From Eledone cirrhosa (lineage: Eukaryota), in NCBI GenBank assembly GCA_964016885.1, contig OZ024742.1, positions 295,554,001 to 295,618,000 on the forward strand: DNA of 64,000 bases, written 5' to 3'. Of the stretch, positions 54,090 to 64,000 are shown one piece after another (the first letter of the stretch is position 1; the number at the start of each line of letters is the position of its first letter). The position numbers were made by a program, and so were the translations under genes. Below the pieces are notes generated by a model. The model was not told where the DNA came from, did not search any database, and was given only the letters and a program-made list of their open reading frames with translations.

Positions 54090-55561
54090 TTAGTCTTGGC
54101 CTTCTAAGTTCTATTTCACTGGCCTCTCTGATTTGCCTATCTGCTGGGTCATTTCTATGTTTAGATATTATTCTAATTTCTATGTTGTCTATGTTACCGC
54201 CATGTTGTTGTCTGGCATGTTCGTATAGTACTGGCCCGTTTTTTCATCCCCCAGTGTTGGTCTATCCTTTTACCTATGCTACGAGCTGTCTCGCCTATGT
54301 ATGTTGTTGTCATGTTTCTGCAAGTACCCTCTGTACATCTTATGCTATAGACTACGTTTCTAGTTTTACAGTTTATCCGGGGGTTTACCTTACATATGAT
54401 ACATTTCCTATTAGTACAGTGGGTTTTCTTAAAAGGTAGGTTTTGCTGATCAGGGATTTTATGGTGGTTCCTGGCTTTTCTACCACCTTAATCTTTAAGT
54501 GGGTCTTTCTCAGGGCCTTTCTACACTGGTTAGCTAATTTCCCTCCAGGGGTAGCATCCACAAACATGACACTCTGGTATCTCTGGTTGTCGTACCATGA
54601 GGTGGCTTTCCCTATCTTATGTCTAGCCCTATCTAAGCTATTCCATGATTTGCTCCTGTATAATGGGCAAATTCCTTTCATGTCCAGTTCTATGAGGGTC
54701 TTATACTTCTCCATGGCTCCTTCGTATACTCTGACTGTCTCTTTGGTTGTCACCAGAGAACTGCATACAGTTGATGAAGTGTTGGATGTGTCTTTCCATT
54801 TCTGTTGGGTCGCACATGCGGGACACAGTCTTCATCACTCGTACCAAATCTGCGATCAGAATATTAAACTTAGCACTACTGGACATTGCTGAGTTTTTGA
54901 GTATCAGGTATTTGGAGGCCATGGGTTTAGCATAGTGTGAGTGTAGAATTTGGGCTCTCTTGTCTATAGTGTTAATCCAGAGTTCCGTGTCTAATACAGG
55001 TAGTCTATTGTTAGGGTGTTTGGAAGGGTAGTCGATAGTTACAGTTATACTCTGGTGTATGGAATTAGCTATCTGCTGGATGCTTTCCATTGTGCTACGT
55101 TCTAAATCAAACTTGTTAGTGCTCTCTAGTGGGGATGTTCTTATAACTATATTGATATCGTCTATGTAATGAGAGTACATGATGAGGTCTATGGAGCTCT
55201 CATTAAGGAGATCTTTAAGTCTCTTTTCCCACCATACCATAAAAAGGTTGGCAACATCACCAGCTATGCTGACGCCAATGGCTGCTCCCTCATTTTGGGT
55301 GTAGATCTTCTCATTGAACTTGAATATGTGACCCTTTAGGGTAGTTTTGATACTAGCCCCTATTGCATGTGCGACCATTTTTCTTACCTGATCATTGTTT
55401 TGGGGGTCCGTATAGCTTTGGTCCACCCAATCCACCTTCCCATGGGAGTCTTTTTTGCCATGGAGGTTATGGTGGGGGGTCTACCTCTTATGGGTCTACT
55501 AGGGCAGAAACGTCTAAGGTCATAGCTGTCTAGGTAGTCAGTGTCGTAGGTAAGTCTAAGT
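54090..55561 (-). pseudogene. PLE RT-GIY-YIG, frameshifted left-arm copy
   Basis: LRLTYD..CPSR...GRPPTIT..; YSHYIDD in place of YSRYVDD; several indels relative to the right arm. Confidence 0.93.
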
Positions 55562-56929
55562 ATGGGAAGGTGGATTGGGTGGACCAAAGCTATACGGACC
55601 CCCCAAAACAATGATCAGGTAAGAAAAATGGTCGCACATGCAATAGGGGCTAGTATCAAAACTACCCTAAAGGGCCACATATTCAAGTTCAACGAGAAGA
55701 TATACATCCAAAATGAGGGAGCAGCCATTGGCGTCAGCATAGCTGGTGATGTTGCCAACCTTTTTATGGTATGGTGGGAAAGGAGACTTAAAGATCTCCT
55801 TAATGAGAGCTCCATAGACCTCATCATGTACTCTCGTTATGTAGACGATATCAATATAGTTATAAGAACATCCCCACTAGAGAGCACTAACAAGTTTGAT
55901 TTAGAACGTAGCACGATGGAAAGCATCCAGCAGATAGCTAATTCCATACACCAGAGTATAACTGTAACTATCGACTACCCTTCCAAACACCCTAACAATA
56001 GACTACCTGTATTAGACACGGAACTCTGGATTAACACTATAGATGAGAGAGCCCAAATTCTCCACTCACACTATGCTAAACCCATGGCCTCCAAATACCT
56101 GATACTCAAAAACTCAGCAATGTCCAGTAGTGCTAAGTTTAATATTCTGATCGCAGATTTGGTACGAGTGATGAAGACTGTTTCCCGCATGTGCGACCCA
56201 ACAGAAATGGAAAGACACATCCAACACTTCATCAACCGCATGCAGTTCTCTGGCGACAACCAAAGAGACAGAGTCAGAGTATACGAAGGAGCCATGGAGA
56301 AGTATAAGACCCTCATAGAACTGGACATGAAAGGAATTTGCCCATTATACAGGAGCAAATCCTGGAATAGCTTAGATAGGGCTAGACATAAGATAGGGAA
56401 AGCCACCTCATGGTACGACAACCAGAGATACCAGAGTGTCATGTTTGTTGATGCTACCCCTGGAGGGAAATTAGCTAACCAGTGTAGAAAGGCCCTGAGA
56501 AAGACCCACTTAAAGATTAAGGTGGTAGAAAAGCCAGGAACCACCATAAAATCCCTGATCAGCAAAACCTACCCTTTTAAGAAAACCCACTGTACTAATA
56601 GGAAATGTATCATATGTAAGGTAAACCCCCGGATAAACTGTAAAACTAGAAACGTAGTCTATAGCATAAGATGTACAGAGGGTACTTGCAGAAACATGAC
56701 AACAACATACATAGGCGAGACAGCTCGTAGCATAGGTGAAAGGATAGACCAATACTGGAGGGAACTAAAAGGACGAAAAAACGGGCCAGCACTATACGAA
56801 CATGCCAGACAACAACACGATGGTAACATAGACAACATAGAAATTAGAATAATATCTAAACATAGAAATGACCCAGCGGATAGGCAAATCAGAGAGGCCA
56901 GTGAAATAGAACTTAGAAGCCAAGACTAA
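55562..56929 (+). CDS. PLE RT (C-terminal half) plus Cys linker plus GIY-YIG endonuclease; open but 5'-truncated
   Basis: Q.EGAAIG.SIAGDVANLFM, YSRYVDD, LPVLD, CTNRKCIIC, NVVYSIRC...YIGETARS..ER..EH; 455 codons without a stop. Confidence 0.9.
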   Translation: MGRWIGWTKAIRTPQNNDQVRKMVAHAIGASIKTTLKGHIFKFNEKIYIQNEGAAIGVSIAGDVANLFMVWWERRLKDLLNESSIDLIMYSRYVDDINIVIRTSPLESTNKFDLERSTMESIQQIANSIHQSITVTIDYPSKHPNNRLPVLDTELWINTIDERAQILHSHYAKPMASKYLILKNSAMSSSAKFNILIADLVRVMKTVSRMCDPTEMERHIQHFINRMQFSGDNQRDRVRVYEGAMEKYKTLIELDMKGICPLYRSKSWNSLDRARHKIGKATSWYDNQRYQSVMFVDATPGGKLANQCRKALRKTHLKIKVVEKPGTTIKSLISKTYPFKKTHCTNRKCIICKVNPRINCKTRNVVYSIRCTEGTCRNMTTTYIGETARSIGERIDQYWRELKGRKNGPALYEHARQQHDGNIDNIEIRIISKHRNDPADRQIREASEIELRSQD

Positions 56930-57271
56930 ACAGAAAGAATGAATGGAATAACAACAACACCCAAACAAACAACACTGACCTAAGAGAAGTATAAATAAAT
57001 AAATAAATAGATAAATAAATAAATAAATACATACACAAGCACAATAACAACAAACACATATAAACACACACTAGTAAACATAGAATACATTAACCAATAC
57101 ATAGTCACCCAATCACGAACACACATCAAACAAAACACTATACACACACGCAAACGCATGCGCAAAGAAGACAAAATAAAATCAACAAACAAACAAACAA
57201 ATAAATAAATATATAAACAGACTAAATAAATATGGCGTAGAAATACAATGCAACCGGAGGAATCTATAGCA

Positions 57272-57310
57272 CCACTGACGATGTTGCAGATGTGCAACGA
57301 AAGAACTTTG
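57272..57310 (+). ncRNA. Hammerhead-like motif in the PLE 3' pseudo-LTR
   Basis: CTGACGA-T-GTTGCA-GATG-TGCAAC-GAAA-GAAC-TT-TG; stems I and III are weak; the left-arm copy has AAAA for GAAA. Confidence 0.5.
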
Positions 57311-57772
57311 ATAAACTATATATATGTGTTTGTGTCTATATTGTATCTGTATTATTTTTGACCGTTGGTCAGTCAATGGCAACATTGAGGACCGAATAAA
57401 TTAGATTACCGATATAAAAGACACAGAAGCGAAAAGCAACCAAACAGTGAGTGTGTTCTGTTATTAATTCTGGCAATATTACACAAATATGACCCTCCCC
57501 AAGTATAACAATATGTATATACTCATATGTATATATTCATATATGTATATATATATGTGTGCATGTGTATTGTCTATGTGCATATATGTCAGGTTTTTAT
57601 CTTCCTTTATACCTACTTTGCTTCTTCCTATGCATAAAGTATTACTATGATTTGTGGTCTCCCTGGTCTCAGCACTACAGACTTTATATATATATTTATT
57701 ATAAGTACAGATTAAAGATTAAGCAAAGAATCATTGCTTTCACCCTTTTACAGGATCTTCTGAATATATATA

Positions 57773-58104
57773 TGCTCTAAGAGCATTGGCCTTGCGATTG
57801 AAAGGTTGTGAGTTCAATTCTCAGACCGGGTGATGTGTTGTTTCCTTGAGCAAGACACTTTATTTCACATTGCTCCAGTTTCCTCAGCTGTAGAAATGAG
57901 ATGATAGGGACTGGGGTCCCTATCATTCCACTGCAAAGTGGTCGTGGAGGTGCCACGGCAAAAACGCACCCAGCACTCACTGTAAATGAGGTTGGTGTTA
58001 GGAAGGGCATCCAGCTGTAGAAATCAAGCCAGAATCAGTTCCCGTCCCACCCTTGCAAGCAGGGAAAAAGCGGACGTAAAATGAAATGATGATGATGATG
58101 ATGA
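57773..58104 (+). mobile_element. Composite SINE: tRNA head, CORE/V-like domain, RTE-5'-like module, tail A
   Basis: GAGTTCAATTC B box, TTGAGCAAGACACTTT, GGTGTTAGGAAGGGCATCCAGCTGTAGAAA, and a (TGA)n end. Confidence 0.9.
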
Positions 58105-58107
58105 TAT

Positions 58108-58729
58108 ATAATAAAGTATATACACAAAGCGCTTAGGGACACATGTATTGTCCAACCATATGCCAATGTGGTTCAATGGCAGGTTAATAAATTAACGAGC
58201 CAGAATATATATAATCAAAGTTTAGCAAATAAGAAAAAGTCTCAAAATAAATTTTAAAAAATTAACTTTACTCACTATGGTTACCTTTACCGAATCGGTT
58301 TTGAGATGGTTGGACAATACATGTGTCCCTAAGCACTTTGTGCGTGTAGGGATATATACTTTATTATTATTCTCCTCTTGGTCGAGAAAAAAATGTGGTC
58401 GTTCTGACTGCTGCTAATTATAGTGGTAGTAGACTGACTTCCCTGCCTTTGCTTCTATCTTTACACACGGCACTCGACGGAATTGCTTCCACATCATTTA
58501 TTCTCATCTCGGGAACAATTTTGAATAGCGCCAGTTCGTAATTTGAACTCGGGAATTTTATATTCTCCGAATGAAAAGATCCTTCTGACGAGAGTTTATC
58601 TTTGCAATGGATGCCGTAAGGACTTTCCATTTATTTTTGAGACACAAAACCGATTCGGCAAAGGTAGTGAGTAAAGTTAATTTAAAAATATTTGTTTTGG
58701 GACTTTTTCTTATTTGCTAAACCTTGATT
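58108..58729 (+). mobile_element. Doubly folded-back non-coding PLE-like remnant with decayed HHR
   Basis: Inverted pairs 58108-58159/58306-58367 and 58213-58303/58645-58729; CCTT-CTGACGA-GAG..CTTT-GCAA-TGGATGCCG-TA-AGG at 58581-58621. Confidence 0.75.
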
Positions 58730-58738
58730 TTATATATT

Positions 58739-58819
<81 letters not shown>

Positions 58820-58840
58820 GTATATATATATATATATATA

Positions 58841-59222
58841 GGTGCATAGCTTAGTGGTTAGAGCATTGGGCTTGCAATCGAGAGGTTGTGAGTTCAATTC
58901 TCGGACCGGGTGATGTGTTGTTTCCTTGAGCAAGACACTTTATTTCACATTGCTCCAGTTTACTCAGCTGTAGAAATGAGATGATAGGACTGGGGCCCCT
59001 ATCATTCCACTGCAAAGTGGTCATGGAGGTGCCACGGCAAAAAAGCACCCAGCACTCACTGTAAATGAGGTTGGTGTTAGGAAGGGCATCCAGCTGTAGA
59101 AATCAAGCCAGAATCAGTTCCCATATGAGCAAGACAAGGTCAGCCGACTGGACACTGCTCACAACAGGACAACCCGTCTAACCCATACTAGCGTGGAATA
59201 ATGGACGTATGATGATGATGAT
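58841..59222 (+). mobile_element. Composite SINE, same head and body as 57773-58104 but tail B
   Basis: A box TAGCTTAGTGG, B box GAGTTCAATTC; diverges after GAATCAGTTCCC into ...CCCGTCTAACCCATACTAGCGTGGAA..(TGA)n. Confidence 0.92.
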
Positions 59223-59680
59223 ATAAAGTCTGTGGTGCTGAGGCCAGGGATATATATATATCCCAGTTTTCATTTATAATTTTGAACTTACATTTTTCAT
59301 AGATTATGAAATTACTTATAATCAACTGGTTTTAAAATATCAAAAAATAAAAATATGTGTATATATGAGTGTCTGTGCGTGAGTGTACATATGTATAGAG
59401 GTGGGGAAATGCATCAACATTTTTTCATAATATCAACTTTATACAACAAAACAACAGCATTAGATATGAAATATGATGCCTTGTCAATATTATTTTTACA
59501 TCTATTTTAACCATGATAACATTAATTCTTTCAGTACCACAATTCTAATGAAAGACTCTGCATGCAATTTTGAAATGATTTTACAAATAATCAAGAATTT
59601 GCTGTTGTTAGGAACATAATTTAACAAAGTTTCTCACATAAAATTATGATGGAAAATTTTTTCAGGAATTTATATGTATT

Positions 59681-59906
59681 TTAACCCTTTCTTTTCCATA
59701 TTTACACTGAAAAATACTACTTGTGATTTTTACATAATAAAAAAAAAAACAATAACATATTTAGTAATATAACATAACTTTTCCATTATTAAGCTGGTGT
59801 GTGGAGCCTAACAAAAGTTCTTATATAAATATAAATAGGTTTTAGATAAATATAAATACATTAAAACCAGCAGTGATTTTAGTTAATATATTATCAAAAG
59901 GGTTAA
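59681..59906. mobile_element. piggyBac-like MITE
   Basis: TTAA|CCCTTT ... AAAAGGG|TTAA; a related element lies at 60519-60744. Confidence 0.65.
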
Positions 59907-61650
59907 ATCATATAGAAGTATGCATTTTTTTCTTATCATTTCCCATCATTTTAATCTTCATTCGTTTTTCTATACCACTCTGCTAAATTAACCCTCATTA
60001 GCTCAGAGTTCACTTTTCCAATCTGTTGCTGTTGCTTGTAATAGCATTTTCACTGTTGTTGAGACTTGTGGTGAATACATTGGATTGGACTCATGTTAAT
60101 AAAGTTGTACTTTATTTCACATTGCTTCTTCTGCTAGGAGTTGCAACTGGTAGATAGTACTAGTAATTGTAAGATCAATGGAAACATTACTTCCTTGGTC
60201 CAATTTGACAATTGGCTCCTCTCCTGTTATAATAGTGTTCAAGAGCAATGTTAACAATACGATTTGCATTGATCTTAGAGAGACCTGTGAAGGCCACATA
60301 TACAGCTCTTTTTTTCTTGTTCAGCCACCACCAACATCACATCAACAAACCCTTCACAACCCCACCACCAATATACCACTACCTCCACTGAAACCACCAC
60401 CACCACTGAATCAGCCCCCACCACAACCCATTCCACCACCACCATCATCATTACTAAAACCACCAATACCACCATTGCTTTCATTGTTGTTAGTTAAAAG
60501 TTGATGTCCCAATTCATATCAACCTTTTTTGATAAAAAAACACCTAAAACTGCCTTTGGTTCTACAATACATAACTGTATTTATATTTATCTAAAAATAT
60601 TCCATCAAAATTTTATGTAAGAACCTTTGTTCTTAATAATGTGAAAGCTAGTTATATAGCTAATTCTTCCCAAACTTTTAGTTATTCTAAAAATTATTTG
60701 AAAATAATAGTCTTTTATTAGAAATATGGTAACAAAAGGGTTAAATATATAGACTCGCCATTGTATTGACATAAACAGGATACTAAAATATACATTATAT
60801 TTACATATGTTATAAGCATACAAATACCTCTTCTTGAGTTACAGAGATAACATTACGTCTCTAAATGTTATTAATGAGGTTATATACATATATTATGTAA
60901 ATAAAATTCATAATATATCTTTGTAAAGATTATTAAATGATTGATGTTCTTTTTGTTGTTGTTTAGCCCCAGGTCAGCTCTGATTGAGTAGCCCTATAAT
61001 CAAAGGCATTTCAGCAAGTGTAACCAGGACTACATTATCCTCTAATATGTTTTTCTGACACTGACAGGCTTGCCTGTAGGAGATTCAGCTGCTATTTTTA
61101 GAGGCGCCATTATTGGCTCTGATCAAAGGGCTGGTTGAAAGTGTTGTCACCTCTCACTCTATTTTTTCAATCGTTTAATTCAAGGAAGAAGGGAGGTGTG
61201 CTCAACACAATTTGAGGACCCTGGAATTGGTGGGAGGAAAGAAAGAAGTTATCATCAAACCAAAGATCTGGCCCAAATGCTACAGCAGAGTCATCTACAT
61301 TAAAGACACCCGAGGTGTAAAGCCAGTTGACAGATTAAGTCTACCACAAAGAATTACCACTTCACAGCATGCACTGGGTATATGTATATATTGTGGAACC
61401 TGCACTAACACTTTTTAGAGTGTACTGGACACATTTTATTGTGAGAGCCCAGTATAAAATGAAATTTGAGCCCAGCAATGTTATTGTCTTGGTCTACATC
61501 ATATCAGTAGACCAGAAGAAACTAGTTTTACTTTAAAAAGCCTAAATACAGTAAAAAGAGGGCATAAATAAAAATGAACATATGGTATAGCCATGTGCGA
61601 CACAAATAAATAAAAAAAGACCCATTTTTCTTGTGACATGATGCTGTTAA

Positions 61651-61880
61651 ATCATCATCATCACTCCTTTATGTTCATTTTTCCATGCTAGCATGGGTTG
61701 GACAAGTCTTTTCCAGCACAGCCAACCCCTAATTATTAAATGCTTTATCACCTTCTCTAGGATATTCAGTATTTTCAGATCAGCTCACATCAGGTGTTCC
61801 TCCACTCTGCAGCTACTCATCTACCTCGATAACCACCCTTATGCACCACATGGTCATACCTACACAATCTTCTCTCTTGA
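61651..61880 (-). mobile_element. Decayed RTE 3' fragment
   Basis: Minus strand ERRL..Y.HV remnant plus CCAACCCATGCTAGCATGGAAAA...(TGA)n tail. Confidence 0.65.
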
Positions 61881-62604
61881 ATACTACATCTGATTCGTCC
61901 TATATACAGTTTTTACCTAAACTCATCTGTACTTCGATATGTATGTAAACTAAACCTAAAAGATTATTAAGATGATAGTAATATGGGTTGGATGGGACTA
62001 TTTAGAGCAGTGTTCAATTACTGGGTGCTTTTCCTGATGCCAACTATAATTTATTTTTCAGTATGGTACTTACTCCACTGATCTTCACCTGGAGGTGGCA
62101 TGGGACCAGCTAGCTCGAAAGAGCAGAGGCCATTAATTCAACTGTCAAACAGAATCAGACACCACACTTACTTAACATTAATTATTCTTAGCTGATAATC
62201 TAAAATTGCTTTGCTTTGTTATTTTACCTCATTATAACTTCAAATTTTCAAAATGAAAGGTTATCGCTCATCATTAATTAAGAATGATTTTTTTTAGTTT
62301 CTTTCTAGCCTCTGATCAATTTTCTTTATTGTATAATTACTTTCTTAAGAGATGAAGAATGAATAGACAAGCGGAAGTGCTTAATATTGAGAATAAGATA
62401 CTTTTGAAGGAAAATATAATAAATATAAGCATATTCCATTAATTTTCTGAATATAGAGAATGTTGTATCTTTATTCATCAGCAATTTCAAGACAATAATA
62501 ACTCAGTATAAAATTCAGATAATTATTTACCAAATTTATTCCAACAAAGAAAAGAAATGAAATATTAATGGAAAGCTAAGTGGAAAGAAGATAATGATAA
62601 ATTC

Positions 62605-63035
62605 TGAATTAGGCAAAAGGCTGGTAATTTTGAGGGGAGAGCAAAGTCATTGACTTTAACACTAGTACTTGACTGGTACTTTATTTTATCAACCTTGGAA
62701 GGAGGAAAGGCAAAGCTGACCTTAGTGGGATTTGAACTCAGAACATAAAGAGCCAGAATAAATACTGCAAAACATTTTTTTTTGTGTATTAACAATTCTG
62801 ACAATCATTATAAAAAAATCAATAGTCCTTTTTAACATTGGCAAAAAGCCAGCAATTTTGGGAAAGAGGAATCGATTATATCGACCCCAGTACTTAACTG
62901 GTACATATTTGATCAACCATAGAAGGATGAAAGACAAAGTTATCATGGCAGGATTTGAACTCAGAACGTAAAGATAGGGAACATACTGCTAAGCAATTGA
63001 CCATCACTCTAATGAGTCAGCCAGTTCACTGCCCT
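62605..63035 (-). mobile_element. Two tandem family A SINEs
   Basis: CTGGTAC...AAG.CAAAG...GGATTTGAACTCAGAAC occurs twice (about 62605-62805 and 62835-63035). Confidence 0.8.
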
Positions 63036-64000
63036 CATTAAAAAATTAATGATAATGCTTTTGAAATTAACATGCAAGTGACTGAGCATTCCACATTAAT
63101 GTGTATGCATAATGTAGTACTTATGGAGATTCAACATGACATTGTGTAACAAGGCTATCTCTTTGAATTATAGGTACAACTCATTTTTTCCCAGCTGAGA
63201 ATGGACTGGAGCAATATGAAATAAAGTGTCTTGCTGAAGGACAAAACGCCCCACCAGGAAGCAAACTCATTACTAAGCAACATGCCTTCACCTCCAGCAA
63301 AAGAAGACGTAGGTGTCTTAAAATGTTCATATTATCTTAGAGATAACTTTACATATCATGAGAAAAATAATTTATAAGGAGTGTCAGTCTTTCACACCAT
63401 GAGTACAAGCAGCAGCAGCATGTCTCCTCTCTATTTTCAAGTATAGTACATATTCTACTGATCTTTGTTATTTGAACCAGTGAGTTGCAGGATATACAAA
63501 TGGCACCAATTGCTTAATCAGTGTCAATTTGAAGATGATCTCTTTCTCACACACACACAATTATTTTTATTTACTAAAGGTTACTCACAAGAGCAATGGT
63601 CAGCCTATGACTATAGTAGAAAATACTTGCCCCAGGAGGCATACCATGCAGTAGAATTGAACTCAAAACCACACAGCTGTGAAGCAAACTCTTTAACCAT
63701 ACATCCATGTCTTCATCTATTCATCACACATCCTAAATGCTGTGACAAAGATAGGAGTCATTACATCCATAGAAAAATGGAATAAGTTATTGAAATATTG
63801 TCATATGTTGATGAATACCACTTTTTAACCCATGGCATTCAAGATATTTGGATGAACTGTGCTTCTGACAACAACCATTTTATCAATATTGGTAACTTGT
63901 CTAACTGAAATATCAGATGATGTTTGAGATGATGTTTCATTGTTCCTGTGCTTCAGCCTAGCTATCACCTGTGGTAATACTGAGTGTGTGTGTGTGTGTG

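Larger units (their letters stand above)
53461..57514. mobile_element. Penelope-like element as a head-to-head inverted duplication
   Basis: Arms 53512-55443 and 55562-57514 are reverse complements; 118-bp spacer; ~50-bp flanking direct repeat at about 53405-53454 and 57513-57560. Confidence 0.96.

Noticed and set aside
53735-54439. 234-aa hydrophobic ORF
   Set aside because: Antisense reading of the PLE endonuclease and A-rich 3' UTR; not open in the same form in the other arm.
60320-60480. Mucin-like Thr/Pro-rich coding segment
   Set aside because: Degenerate (ACC)n low-complexity tract without convincing splice context.

Overview
AT-rich, microsatellite-dense animal genomic DNA. The SINE, RTE and Penelope content is most consistent with an octopus or other coleoid cephalopod, which is an inference. 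I recognised no intact host gene; most long ORFs in the track are translations of (TA/CA)n microsatellites. The window is a mosaic of mobile DNA. It holds two Penelope-like elements (PLEs): a ~4-kb head-to-head palindrome with RT plus GIY-YIG at 53.5-57.5 kb, and a Naiad-like copy with inverted pseudo-LTRs at 35.4-37.9 kb. It also holds several RTE LINEs with a PHD-type Zn finger, R4/Dong-like and CRE-like restriction-like-endonuclease LINE fragments, a mariner relic, hAT, piggyBac and Tc1-mariner MITEs, and at least three SINE families. The most notable signal is a dispersed set of minimal type-I hammerhead ribozyme (HHR) motifs. Two of them have the covariant U3-A8 core. They sit in short non-coding cassettes embedded in (TA)n tracts, and several fold-back palindromes have their centres at or beside the HHR. 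This suggests a microsatellite-targeted PLE/retrozyme-like system.
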